A DNA stretch of 64,000 bases from Candidatus Scatovivens sp. (GTDB lineage Bacteria; Bacillota; Clostridia; TANB77; CAG-508). The DNA is taken from NCBI GenBank assembly GCA_051891335.1, contig JBJFFD010000035.1, positions 13,829-77,828 on the forward strand. Reading direction: 5' to 3'. The translations under genes were made by a program, and so were the position numbers. Under the pieces are notes generated by a model that worked only from the letters and a program-made list of their open reading frames with translations, was not told the origin of the DNA and did not search any database. This document shows positions 17,464 through 27,835 of this stretch, one piece after another; position 1 is the first letter of the stretch, and every line of letters begins with the position of its first letter.

Positions 17464-18369
17464 CTACAATTTTCCCAATAGAAATATTATTCTTAAAAGT
17501 ATTTCGTCTATTATATTTTGCCTGAACATTTTTGGATAAAATATCTTTTTAATATAATTTTTAAAACTTTTCTGAGTAAACATATCTAGTATTTCTTTTT
17601 TATCTTCTGTTAAATCTTTATAAAAATATTCTTTTATTTGTATAAATTGAAGACTTATATTTTTAAAATAATCATTAAATAATAGTTTTTTTATTCTATA
17701 AATTTGTAATTTTATAAAATTATTTCCGCCAGGACTTACATTATTACCTGTTCTTCTATATTTAACAGTAGCTTTTTTATCATATATTACTTTGCCAACA
17801 GCCGAACAAACTATATAAGCCCACCAATCATGACCACATGTATTTTCTCTACCTGTTGCCAAAATTATTTCTTTTGCTTTATTGTTAATTAATATTGATA
17901 TACCTAAACTGATGCAATCAACTAAAGAATTTCTAAAAGATGGACCTTTTTTAAATATTGGGCCTCTTTCTTTAAAATTCATATTTTCATCATAAAAGTC
18001 ATATCTAGAAAAATACATTGTTGCTATATCTGGTTTAGAATTTTGCATTGCATTTACAGCATTTTCTATTTTATCCTCATTCCATACATCATCTTGATCG
18101 CAAAAAGCATAATAATCATATTTTTTTGCTTCATTTAGTATAAAATAGAAACTATCAATAAATCCTATATTTTCTCCCAAAAAAAGTTTTATTTTTCCAT
18201 CATCTTTATATTTATGTAAAATTTCTAAAGTTTTATCTGTTGAACCGTCATCTCTTATAAATATATCTATATTTTTATAAGTTTGATTTAATAAGCTTTC
18301 TATTTGTTCTGCTACATATTTTTCTCCGTTATATGTAGACATTACTATTGCTACTTTTTTATTACTCAT
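17464..18369 (-). CDS. GT2-family glycosyltransferase
   Basis: 301 aa with VAIVMSTYNGEKYVAEQIESLLNQTY, DDGSTD and CDQDDVW motifs. Confidence 0.8.
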   Translation of the reverse strand: MSNKKVAIVMSTYNGEKYVAEQIESLLNQTYKNIDIFIRDDGSTDKTLEILHKYKDDGKIKLFLGENIGFIDSFYFILNEAKKYDYYAFCDQDDVWNEDKIENAVNAMQNSKPDIATMYFSRYDFYDENMNFKERGPIFKKGPSFRNSLVDCISLGISILINNKAKEIILATGRENTCGHDWWAYIVCSAVGKVIYDKKATVKYRRTGNNVSPGGNNFIKLQIYRIKKLLFNDYFKNISLQFIQIKEYFYKDLTEDKKEILDMFTQKSFKNYIKKIFYPKMFRQNIIDEILLRIIFLLGKL

Positions 18370-18378
18370 TTTACTCCC

Positions 18379-19422
18379 CTAAAATTTAATATCTATCTTC
18401 AACTTATCTATAGTAAATCTATATAATTTTATAAACAGCATATACATTTTTAATTTATATAATAGAGAAATCCCCCATAATCCAATATGTTTTATTCCTT
18501 TTGTAATTGAATATGTAAATTTTAGATATGGGCTCCTTCTCCAATTCGAAAAGTTTATATCTAAATATTTAATTGTTTCTTTTAACATTTCTTTTATATT
18601 AATTGTTTTATCATATGAAACTCTATACATTACAGATACTCCAAGATGTATAAATGCCATTGTGTCAACAGTATATTTCATTTCATTATATTTGTTTTCT
18701 TTAATATAAAATTCTTTAACTTCCAATAAATATTTCTTAAAATTTTCAACATCTTGCTTATTAACTGTATGTATTTGAGAATCATATCTTAGAAAATAAT
18801 GATACAAAACATCTGGAACAAATGCTACTTTATTTATTTTAGTATATGAAGTAAGTAAAAATAACATATCATTAAAACCTCTAAAAGGTAGAAATCTAAT
18901 TTCTTTTACTTTTTCTAATTTATATATTTTATTCCATGGTGCGGGATTTATAAAAAGTTGAAAATCTTCTTTAGAGTTTAAAGTTTTTACAGTATATCCC
19001 AAATTTGTCATATTTTGGGATACAACTTTTCCTGTATCTAAATCTATTCTTTCAAAGCCACAAACTGCTATATCTGCATCGTTTTCTTTTGCTGCATTAT
19101 ATAATTTTTCCGCCCAATTAGATTCAACATAATCATCTGTATCAACAAAAGTTATATATTCTCCTTTAGCTCTTTCTAATCCATAATTTCTAGTTGTAAA
19201 TTCTCCTCCATTTGCTTTATGAAAAGCCTTTACTTTATTGGGATACTTTTTTGCATATTCATCTATTATTTTAGGGGCAGAATCCGTTGACCCGTCATCA
19301 ACACACAATATTTCTATATCTTCTAAAGTTTGATTTACTAAAGAATCTAAACATCTTGGTAAAAATTTTTCTAAATTATATACAGCTGCAACTATTGTAA
19401 GTTTGGGGATTTTATTGGTCAT
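18379..19422 (-). CDS. GT2-family glycosyltransferase
   Basis: 347 aa with LTIVAAVYNLEKFLPRCLDSLVNQT, VDDGSTD and VDTDDY motifs. Confidence 0.8.
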   Translation of the reverse strand: MTNKIPKLTIVAAVYNLEKFLPRCLDSLVNQTLEDIEILCVDDGSTDSAPKIIDEYAKKYPNKVKAFHKANGGEFTTRNYGLERAKGEYITFVDTDDYVESNWAEKLYNAAKENDADIAVCGFERIDLDTGKVVSQNMTNLGYTVKTLNSKEDFQLFINPAPWNKIYKLEKVKEIRFLPFRGFNDMLFLLTSYTKINKVAFVPDVLYHYFLRYDSQIHTVNKQDVENFKKYLLEVKEFYIKENKYNEMKYTVDTMAFIHLGVSVMYRVSYDKTINIKEMLKETIKYLDINFSNWRRSPYLKFTYSITKGIKHIGLWGISLLYKLKMYMLFIKLYRFTIDKLKIDIKF

Positions 19423-19756
19423 TTTTTTCCTCTTTCTTTATTTCAAATTCTAAAATAGATAATCTTTGTGCTAATTCAATTATTTTCTCATTTTGTTTTG
19501 AGATTTTTTTGCTACTTCTAAAATTCATAAAAATTAAAAACATTATTGCTATCAAAAATACAAATGATGGAGCATAAGATATTCCAATTGCTAAAGATAT
19601 TTTATCTAAACTTTTATAAAAAATAGATAAAATAAGTAAAACTAAACTTCCAATAATCCAAAATACGCTTTCTTCAATAGAAAATTCTTGTTTTTTTACA
19701 TTAGAATATACATAAATCATAAATACTATAGCTAACACAATAAAAAAGTAATTCAT
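19412..19756 (-). CDS. small membrane protein, DUF2304/GacJ-like partner of the adjacent GT2
   Basis: 114 aa with three hydrophobic helices and a charged C-terminal helix. Its start overlaps the stop of the upstream GT2 (ATGA), so the two are probably translationally coupled. Confidence 0.5.
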   Translation of the reverse strand: MNYFFIVLAIVFMIYVYSNVKKQEFSIEESVFWIIGSLVLLILSIFYKSLDKISLAIGISYAPSFVFLIAIMFLIFMNFRSSKKISKQNEKIIELAQRLSILEFEIKKEEKNDQ

Positions 19757-20475
19757 TATTTTCTCCTCCTTTTAAAACTTATATTATTTAAAAAAATAAC
19801 AACTATTGTATACGTCATCATTATCATATATTTTATTGGTTTTATTATTCCACCATGCATGCTTTCTCCAAATTCTCTTAATCTCATTTTGACAGAAACT
19901 TCTTCTATTTTATATCCTTCAAGTAACATTTGAATTATTAAATTTGCATCTGGATACTCTGGGTATTGTCCAATTATTGAGTATTTTTCTATAACTTTTT
20001 TGTTTAAACATTGAAAACCTGATAATGGATCTGTGATTTCTTTTTTGCAAAATATTTTTATTAGTTTTGAGAAAATAACAGTACCTATTTTTCTAAAAAA
20101 AGTTTGCTTATATGTTCCATCTTTCATATATCTAGAACCTATAACAATATCAGCATCTGTTTCTTTCATTTTTTTTATCAACTTTTCAGCTTCTTTTGCT
20201 ATATGTTGCCCGTCTCCGTCAAATTGTATAACATAATCATATCCATGATTATTAGCATATTTAATTCCTGTTTGTACTGCCATTGCATATCTTAAATTAA
20301 ATATAGAAGTTATGCAATTAACATTATTTTTTTCAACTATTTCTCTTGTATTGTCTTTTGAACAATCATTAATTACTAAAATGTCTGCATAATCTAAATC
20401 TCTTTTTAATTCATCAATAACTTTTTGAATATTTTGACCTTCATTATATGCAGGTATAACAACTAAAACTTTCAT
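19756..20475 (-). CDS. GT2 polyprenyl-phosphate sugar synthase without C-terminal TM segment (GacI-like)
   Basis: 239 aa with VVIPAYNEG, INDCSKDNT and FDGDGQH motifs (DPM1/GtrB-type catalytic domain). It lacks the C-terminal TM pair seen in 35386..36345 and 36409..37338. Confidence 0.65.
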   Translation of the reverse strand: MKVLVVIPAYNEGQNIQKVIDELKRDLDYADILVINDCSKDNTREIVEKNNVNCITSIFNLRYAMAVQTGIKYANNHGYDYVIQFDGDGQHIAKEAEKLIKKMKETDADIVIGSRYMKDGTYKQTFFRKIGTVIFSKLIKIFCKKEITDPLSGFQCLNKKVIEKYSIIGQYPEYPDANLIIQMLLEGYKIEEVSVKMRLREFGESMHGGIIKPIKYMIMMTYTIVVIFLNNISFKRRRK

Positions 20476-20488
20476 ATTATCTCCTATA

Positions 20489-22028
20489 TTAAATAAAATT
20501 TTCTATAACTTGTATTATTGTCAATATATTTAATGTAAATACTGTTAATAATAATTTTATGTCTATATTTTTAAATTCAATATATTTTGTCTTTGATGTT
20601 AAACAAAGCAATAATAATATAGCACATGGAATAAAGTACCTTCCTTGTATTCCTATAGCTTTATACCATCCTACTGGAGACCATCCTATATATAATCCTA
20701 TTATAATTAATATGGAAATTACTATAAATATCAATGCATACCATATCCTAGCTATAACTTTAAATTCTTTATCACTTTTTTCTAGGAAAGGAGTAACTAT
20801 TAATAAAAATAGAAAAATTGCAATAATTAAATAATTAATTTCTATATTTAACCATCCTAAAACTGAACCAATAAATGTAAATATATATGCTTCACTATCT
20901 TCCTTTATAGAATTAAATAAAACTTTAAATATAGTTGTAGGATTATTTATAATGTTTTTTATTTGCTCTCCAGAGTTTACACTCATTTGACTTATATAGT
21001 CTCTTTCTTCAATATATCTTCCAGAAAAAATATACCAACTCACAGAAACTATACAAGCTAAACTTATACCAATAGCAATCATTTTTATTTTATTATTTTT
21101 ATTAACACTTTTATTTTGTATTAAAAGTAAAATTAAACCAACTAATGGTATGTATATATATTTTGAAATAGCAATTATTACAACCAATATATAAAAAAGT
21201 ATTCTTTCTCTTAAATTAATATTTTTTTCTCTAAATATTAAAGCCATTACATATGCGATAAAAAATATTATAACAGCATTTATAATACAATCTGAAGAAA
21301 TAGAAGCTCCTTGTTGAAAATACATCGGAGTAAACATATATATCATTAATACTTTTTTACCAAATGGAATTAATTTCAACGAGAAATATCCTAAAAATAA
21401 AGAGAATATTAAATTTAACATCCTAGCAAGATACATTGAAACTATAATGTTTAAGTTAAATATTCTTCCAATAAAAAATCCTATTGAGCTAAATGTATAT
21501 AAAATTGCAGAGGTTCCTTGTGTAGGCGTATATATATCTATAACTTTAGAATAATCTGTTTTTTCTTTTATTTTTTCAGCTAGTATTGAATATTTATTCA
21601 CTCCACCGATCTATTCCTGATATAAGCAAATCTTCTGGAATATAAGTATGAGTATCATTATTTTCATCAACTTTTACTATTATTTGTCCTTCTGAAATTT
21701 GATATGCTCTGTATGCATGATAATTTTCATCTGGAGCAAATGTAGGTAATAAGAAAGTCATATATAATATTCCAATTGGTATTGCAAACAATAGAAACAT
21801 TTTTTCAATAAATTTATTATATTTTTTAATTGCAAAATACATTAATAAAATTATGAAACTTGCAATTAAAAGAATTTCAATTATATATTTTAGGTTCCAG
21901 CTACCAATATCAATTTTATATACTAATAAATTAAAAGCTACCTTAGATTCTAATAAACATAAAATAAATTCTATAATATAAATCAATTTATAAAAAATAT
22001 CTTTTATATTTTCTCCAAAACTTTTCAT
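20489..22028 (-). CDS. DUF2142-type GT-C membrane protein (GacL-like role), split by a +1 frame break at an in-frame CGG
   Basis: ORF 21594..22028 (144 aa) carries TM helices and the APDENYHAYRAY loop. ORF 20489..21601 (370 aa, about 9 TM helices) has only a GTG start, and the two overlap by 8 nt. The minus strand reads ATA GAT C GGT GGA GTG AAT. Skipping the C (plus-strand G 21608) fuses them into a protein of about 512 aa. Confidence 0.6.
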
Positions 22029-23851
22029 TTTTTATATTCCCACTCTCTTTTTATACTATAATCTGCCGCTTCTCTAGATAAATTTATATTATAATATGGA
22101 TCACCTTTTTCTAATATCTCTTTCCACTTTTCTTTAAAATTGTTTACTTCTTTATTAAATCTTTCATTCTTTTCTGGTGTAACTTCATACCCTCTTGAAA
22201 TAGATTCATAATGCATTAATTCTATATAAGGATTATAAACTACTAAATATCCTTTTTTTCTTATTTTTAAACAAAAGTCAACATCATTTAGAGCAACTTT
22301 AAAATTATCCTCATCCATATATCCAACTTCTTCATAAATTTCTCTTCTAGAAAATAAGCAAGCTCCTGTTACAGCACTTAAATTTTGAATTAAACAATCT
22401 TTTCCATAATATCCTCTTACACCTCTTGGTAATCTTGAAAATAGATTTGCAGCAAATCCCCCAATACCAATTGCTATTCCTGCATGTTGTATAGATTTAT
22501 CTTTAAAGTATAATCTTGCTCCAACCGCTCCTATTTCTTTTCTCTGAGCATATCCTATAAATTTTTCAAGCCAATCTGGAGTTATAAGTTCTGTATCATT
22601 ATTTAATTGGAGAACAAATTCTCCATCACAATTCTTTACACCATAATTTATTATCTTAGAATAATTAAATCCTTTTTCTTTATATTCTAGAACTTTGATT
22701 TTCTCATTTTCTTTTAATTTATTATAATATTCAAATGTTTTTTCATCTTCACTATTATTTTCTATAATAATTATTTCATAGTTATTATAAGTAGTTTTAT
22801 CTAAAATTGAATTTATGCATTTTTCTAATACTTTTATATTGTCTTTATTTGGTATTAAAATTGATACTTTTGGATTTCCTTCTACCTCAAATTGAACATT
22901 ATATATTCCAGGGACATCGCCACCATGTTCAACTATTGCTTTTCTTCCTAATCTTACCTGATGATCAAAAGCAGCTTTTTTCCCAGCCTCATATGCGTAA
23001 GGTTTTGCATCAGAAACTTTTGCAGTGGACTCATTATGAATTCTCCAATGATAAAGTATTTTTGGAATATGAACTATATTATCAGTTTCTTCACTAGCTC
23101 TTAGTACTAAATCAAAATCTTGTGCTCCATTATATTCTTCTCTAAATCCTCCAAGCTTGTCCATGAGTTTTTTCTTAAGAACAACTAAATGTGTTATATA
23201 GTTGTGAGCACTTAAAGTGTCTGGTGAATAGTCTGGTTTAAAATGTGGTCCACATCTATTTTCAATTTTTTCATCTATTTTATCTTCATCTGTATAAATA
23301 AATTCAACATCTGGATTATCATTTATACATTTAACAATTTCATATAACGCAAATATTGGCAAAACATCGTCATGATCCAACAATGCAACGTAATCCCCTG
23401 TTACTAATTTTAATGCTTCATTAGTGTTACCTGAAATTCCATCATTTTTATTTAAAAATTTATATTTTATTCTCACATCGTCAGCATAATATTTTTCTAA
23501 TTCTTTATTTTGCTTTGGACTCCCGTCAGCTAAGCAAAGTTCCCAATTTGAATAAGTCTGATTTTTCATGCACTCTATTAAATCTTTAAAAAATAGTTCT
23601 TTAGTATTGTACATTGGAACAACAATGCTAATTTTAGGATTAACATTAAACTTTTCTTTTTTTTGATTTTCTAAGTCTTTAGTAGATGGCTCATTTTTTT
23701 CAATCCATTGCTTATATTGTTTATTTTTCTCATTTTGTACAAACTTGAATGGATGTAATATCACTGTAAATATTTTTCTTATTGTACCTTTTATTCCATA
23801 TTTTTTTAAATAAAATTTGATTTGTCTTATTCGATGAGATATTTTATTCAT
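22025..23851 (-). CDS. dual-domain GT2 glycosyltransferase (polymerising type)
   Basis: 608 aa with two GT2 modules (ISIVVPMYNT...LDHDD, and VSILIPNKDN...NNDTE...ED..F). It is a paralogue of 23867..25678. Confidence 0.75.
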   Translation of the reverse strand: MNKISHRIRQIKFYLKKYGIKGTIRKIFTVILHPFKFVQNEKNKQYKQWIEKNEPSTKDLENQKKEKFNVNPKISIVVPMYNTKELFFKDLIECMKNQTYSNWELCLADGSPKQNKELEKYYADDVRIKYKFLNKNDGISGNTNEALKLVTGDYVALLDHDDVLPIFALYEIVKCINDNPDVEFIYTDEDKIDEKIENRCGPHFKPDYSPDTLSAHNYITHLVVLKKKLMDKLGGFREEYNGAQDFDLVLRASEETDNIVHIPKILYHWRIHNESTAKVSDAKPYAYEAGKKAAFDHQVRLGRKAIVEHGGDVPGIYNVQFEVEGNPKVSILIPNKDNIKVLEKCINSILDKTTYNNYEIIIIENNSEDEKTFEYYNKLKENEKIKVLEYKEKGFNYSKIINYGVKNCDGEFVLQLNNDTELITPDWLEKFIGYAQRKEIGAVGARLYFKDKSIQHAGIAIGIGGFAANLFSRLPRGVRGYYGKDCLIQNLSAVTGACLFSRREIYEEVGYMDEDNFKVALNDVDFCLKIRKKGYLVVYNPYIELMHYESISRGYEVTPEKNERFNKEVNNFKEKWKEILEKGDPYYNINLSREAADYSIKREWEYKK

Positions 23852-23866
23852 AATTTTCTCCTACAT

Positions 23867-25678
23867 TTAATTTAATTTTAATTGATATTGATTTTCATTT
23901 TTCAAGTCCAAGTTTTTATTATAATATGGATCTCCTTCTTTCAATTCATTTTTCCATATTGAAGTAAATCTATCTATTTCATCATTAAATCTCTCAATTT
24001 TTGCTGGTGTGTTCTCTTCTCCTCTTGTTTTTGACTCATAATGTATTAATTCAACAAATGGTGTATATATTATTAACTTATTTAATTTTCTAATCTTCAT
24101 GCAAAAATCTACATCGTTAAATGCTACACTTAAATCTTCATTCATAAAGTTAACTTCATAGTATATAGATTTTTTACACATCATGCAAGCACCAGTAACT
24201 GCAGAAACATTTTGAATTGTGATATTTCTAAAAAAGTATCCTTTTTCAAATCTTCTTAAATTGGCACAAGCATGACCTGCAATCCCTCCCAATCCTAAAA
24301 TTGTACCTGAATGTTGTACAGTTTTATCTGGATATAAAAGTTTAACACCTACAGCTCCTATATCTTCTCTTTGAACATATGAAATCATTTGTTCTATCCA
24401 ATTTTTGGTTATTATTTCTGTATCATTATTTAATTGAATAATGTATTCTCCTTTTGCTTGTTTTACCCCATAATTTATTATCTTAGAATAATTAAATCCT
24501 TTTTCTTTATATTCTAAAATTTTTATTTTTTTATTTTCCTTTAATTTTTCATAATATTCAAATGTTTTTTCATCTTCGCTATTATTTTCTATAATAATTA
24601 TTTCATAATTATTATAAGTAGTTTTTTCTAAAATTGAATTTATACATTTATGTAAAATCTCTATTTCATCTTTATTTGGTATTATAATTGAAACCAGAGG
24701 CATTTTTACTAATTTATAATCTATTTTATATGTATTCGTTATATAGCCATTTCTTACATTTCCATTTAATCCTAATCTATCAATTTGATTTTTTATAGCT
24801 ATCTTATCAGTAACATTTGTGTTTTCCTCTAATTCAAGAGAATGATATAGTATTTTTTTTACATGTTCGATACATTTAGACGATTCTGTACATTTGAATA
24901 TTATATCATAAATGTTCTCTAAATTTATGTTTTTAATTTTAAGTACTATATCTTTTTTTACAACAAAAAAATTACCTATATAATTAAAAGACCTTAATGT
25001 ATCTGGAGAAAAATCTGGTTTAAAAAATGGATTATACCTATTTTTCAATAAAATATTTATATAGTCATTGTCAGAATATATAAAATCTACATTCGCATTT
25101 TTTTCTATAATTTTATTTATTTCATATAAACATTCTTTTGAAAGAATTATATTTTCTCTTAAAAAAATACAATATCTTCCTTTTGTATATTTATTAATTT
25201 CTTGAATATTAACACTGTTTTTATTAATATTCAAATTAGTAAAATTTTTATTTTTATCGCATAAATCTTCAATGATTTTTCTTTTTTTATTGCAACCATT
25301 TATAACTATCACTTCATAATTTAAATCTATTTGATTTAATAAAGAGTCTATGAGTTTTTTAAAATACTTAATATATGAATTATCCGTCATTTTAATCAGA
25401 ATAGTTATTATTTCAAGTTTCTCATTTGTTTTTTTGTTTTGAAATATTTCATTTTTCTTTATCCACTCATTATATTTTTCATCCATTTCAGGTTTAGTCT
25501 TACTATTCAAATATTTTTTAACATAATAAAAAACTTTAAATCCATCTTCTTTTTGTGCATTAAAAAATTTCTGAATATTCTTTTTATCTATAACTTCTTT
25601 TAAAATAATATTCATTTTTCTAAGTTTTTTTCTAAATTTTGTATTTTCTGGAAATAGAATATCTCGAACTTTTTTCAT
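23867..25678 (-). CDS. dual-domain GT2 glycosyltransferase, tandem paralogue
   Basis: 603 aa. The C-terminal GT2 module is very similar to that of 22025..23851 (SIIIPNKDEIEILHKCINSILEKTTYNNYEIIIIENNSEDEKTFEYY...). The N-terminal module is much more diverged. Confidence 0.75.
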   Translation of the reverse strand: MKKVRDILFPENTKFRKKLRKMNIILKEVIDKKNIQKFFNAQKEDGFKVFYYVKKYLNSKTKPEMDEKYNEWIKKNEIFQNKKTNEKLEIITILIKMTDNSYIKYFKKLIDSLLNQIDLNYEVIVINGCNKKRKIIEDLCDKNKNFTNLNINKNSVNIQEINKYTKGRYCIFLRENIILSKECLYEINKIIEKNANVDFIYSDNDYINILLKNRYNPFFKPDFSPDTLRSFNYIGNFFVVKKDIVLKIKNINLENIYDIIFKCTESSKCIEHVKKILYHSLELEENTNVTDKIAIKNQIDRLGLNGNVRNGYITNTYKIDYKLVKMPLVSIIIPNKDEIEILHKCINSILEKTTYNNYEIIIIENNSEDEKTFEYYEKLKENKKIKILEYKEKGFNYSKIINYGVKQAKGEYIIQLNNDTEIITKNWIEQMISYVQREDIGAVGVKLLYPDKTVQHSGTILGLGGIAGHACANLRRFEKGYFFRNITIQNVSAVTGACMMCKKSIYYEVNFMNEDLSVAFNDVDFCMKIRKLNKLIIYTPFVELIHYESKTRGEENTPAKIERFNDEIDRFTSIWKNELKEGDPYYNKNLDLKNENQYQLKLN

Positions 25679-25690
25679 TATAAACTCCTT

Positions 25691-27820
25691 TTATAAATAC
25701 TTTATATATTCTTTTACTCTATTTTCCCAAGTTGCATTTAATATTATTTTATTGTAATCCTCTGATTCTTTAAAGCCATTTTCTAGAGCTAATTTTATAA
25801 CATATTCAAAATCATTTTTGTTATAATCATAAAAATACATTAAATTTTTAAATTGTTCTAATTCATTCCAATATGTTGAAACTACAGGTTTTTTCAAATA
25901 TAAGTACTCATATACCTTAACGGGATCAACACATTTGATTAAATCATTCAAAATAAAAGGCATTATTAAAACATCACTTTCACTTATATATGAAGGGACT
26001 AGATCATGCTCAATTGGTCCTAGAAATAAAATATTTTTATACTTTCTTTCAATTTCTGTTTTCTTTTCCTTTAATAAATATGAAACCGGTCCTATTAAAT
26101 ATATAGTATCAGAAGTATTTTTTTCTGCATATTTACATATACTGTCAAAATCAAACCAGTCATCTATTGTTCCTATATAAGTAATATTTCTATGAAATAA
26201 TTTTATATCCTTTTTAATTTTTTTAGAAAATAAATCTTTATCATATGCATTTCTAACAACTGTAGTATCTTTTTCTTGTACATTATATAAATTAATTATT
26301 CTATTTTTTAGCCCAATAGCTGATACTATTATATGATTTGCAAAATAAATTAATCCCGCTTCTCTATTTCTGTATCCATTTACATCTGGTTCCCATATTT
26401 CATAGTTGTCCATACATTCATAAATAATATTAGTTCTTCTTAACTTATGTAATCTCATAACAAAAAAATGCATTTGGTTTGGTTGCGTTAAAATAATTGT
26501 ATCATAATTCCATAATGAAGTTTTTATAATGTTCATAATTTTATCTATTAATGAATATTTTTCTATTGCAGGAAAAATTTTAAATGGTATTATTTTAAAA
26601 TTTTTTTGTTTATTAACATTATTTTTAACAACATTTTCTGGACTTTCATTAACAAATTTATCTCTTAGTGCTTGATATCTATAATCAATTTTGTACTTAT
26701 TATATTTTCCTATTTCTAATGGTATAAAATGTGGTCTTTGTTTTATCCACTTCCATGTAACCACACTAAAATACAAAACATGTTTTTTTCTTCTAAAGAG
26801 CTTCATCAACATATATACAGGCCATGTAATTATTGTATATATATATAGCAAAAATTTTACTATATTGATTATTGTACTTTTTGAAAAAATATTTTTAGAT
26901 TTTAACACTATATTTTTCAATGTTTTTTTAATAAATCTATATATTTTCTTTAAATATTTTGAGTTGTTATAATAAATTTCTAAACTTCCTAATAAAGTTG
27001 CTAAGTCAAGAACCCATAATTTATAAAATGGTTTCTTATTATATTTTTTATGATAATATCTCTTACTTTTCTGTAATAGTTTATATTTTTTCAAATAATT
27101 CATCGAACGTTTAACAGAAACAGCTTCCATATGCTGAAATTTACAAGTATTTAATACAGCAACTTTATAACCAGCTTCTGAAAGCTTTTTTCCTATTATA
27201 TCCTCTTCAAAATATAAAAATGTATTCTCATCAAAATAACCAATTTCTTTGAATATTTTATTTCTTATCATAAAAAAGGATCCAGCTACGCAATCAACAT
27301 CAACAACATCATTACTATCTAAATATTCCCCATACATTTCTATATGTGGTTTTTGAAATTTATTGGTAAGAATAACAGATGAATCCATAGTATCACCCTT
27401 TAATGTTCGTAATTTCCATCCAGATAGTGGATGTTTATTATTATTTGCATCATACATTCTAGGAGATACAATAGCATACTTAGAATTTCCTTTTTTGTTT
27501 AAAAACTGTAAACATTTATTGTATGATTCTTCTGGAACTATTACATCCGGATTAGATATAACTATATATTCTATATTTTTGTAATTTTCATTCAAATAAT
27601 TTATTCCTAAATTATTTCCTTTAGCATATCCTTCATTTTTTGAAGAAATCACTATATCTATTTTTTCAGTATTTGTAAAATTAAAATCCTTTTTTTCTAA
27701 ACTATTATCAACAACAACAATTCTATCTATACAAGAATATCGACTTATTTCATTCACATATCTGTTTGTATTATCATAATCATTAAAATTTAAAACTATT
27801 ACTCCAATTTTCACATTCAT
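25691..27820 (-). CDS. bifunctional glycosyltransferase: N-terminal GT2 plus C-terminal GT-B-like domain
   Basis: The N-terminal part has IGVIVLNFNDYDNT, ISNPDV and GSFFMIRNKIFKEIGYFDENTFLYFEEDI. The C-terminal ~370 aa begins WKWIKQRPHFIPLE, resembling TuaH/GT4-like enzymes. The likely start is ATG 27820 (GGGGAA SD) rather than the TTG at 27835. Confidence 0.65.
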   Translation of the reverse strand: MNVKIGVIVLNFNDYDNTNRYVNEISRYSCIDRIVVVDNSLEKKDFNFTNTEKIDIVISSKNEGYAKGNNLGINYLNENYKNIEYIVISNPDVIVPEESYNKCLQFLNKKGNSKYAIVSPRMYDANNNKHPLSGWKLRTLKGDTMDSSVILTNKFQKPHIEMYGEYLDSNDVVDVDCVAGSFFMIRNKIFKEIGYFDENTFLYFEEDIIGKKLSEAGYKVAVLNTCKFQHMEAVSVKRSMNYLKKYKLLQKSKRYYHKKYNKKPFYKLWVLDLATLLGSLEIYYNNSKYLKKIYRFIKKTLKNIVLKSKNIFSKSTIINIVKFLLYIYTIITWPVYMLMKLFRRKKHVLYFSVVTWKWIKQRPHFIPLEIGKYNKYKIDYRYQALRDKFVNESPENVVKNNVNKQKNFKIIPFKIFPAIEKYSLIDKIMNIIKTSLWNYDTIILTQPNQMHFFVMRLHKLRRTNIIYECMDNYEIWEPDVNGYRNREAGLIYFANHIIVSAIGLKNRIINLYNVQEKDTTVVRNAYDKDLFSKKIKKDIKLFHRNITYIGTIDDWFDFDSICKYAEKNTSDTIYLIGPVSYLLKEKKTEIERKYKNILFLGPIEHDLVPSYISESDVLIMPFILNDLIKCVDPVKVYEYLYLKKPVVSTYWNELEQFKNLMYFYDYNKNDFEYVIKLALENGFKESEDYNKIILNATWENRVKEYIKYL

Positions 27821-27835
27821 TTTTACATTCCCCAA

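Noticed and set aside
21594-21601. DUF2142 halves as two genuine overlapping genes (GTGA overlap)
   Set aside because: This is possible but less likely. The downstream part has only a GTG start without a convincing SD, the combined length matches the family, and the break coincides with an in-frame CGG exactly as at three other broken genes.
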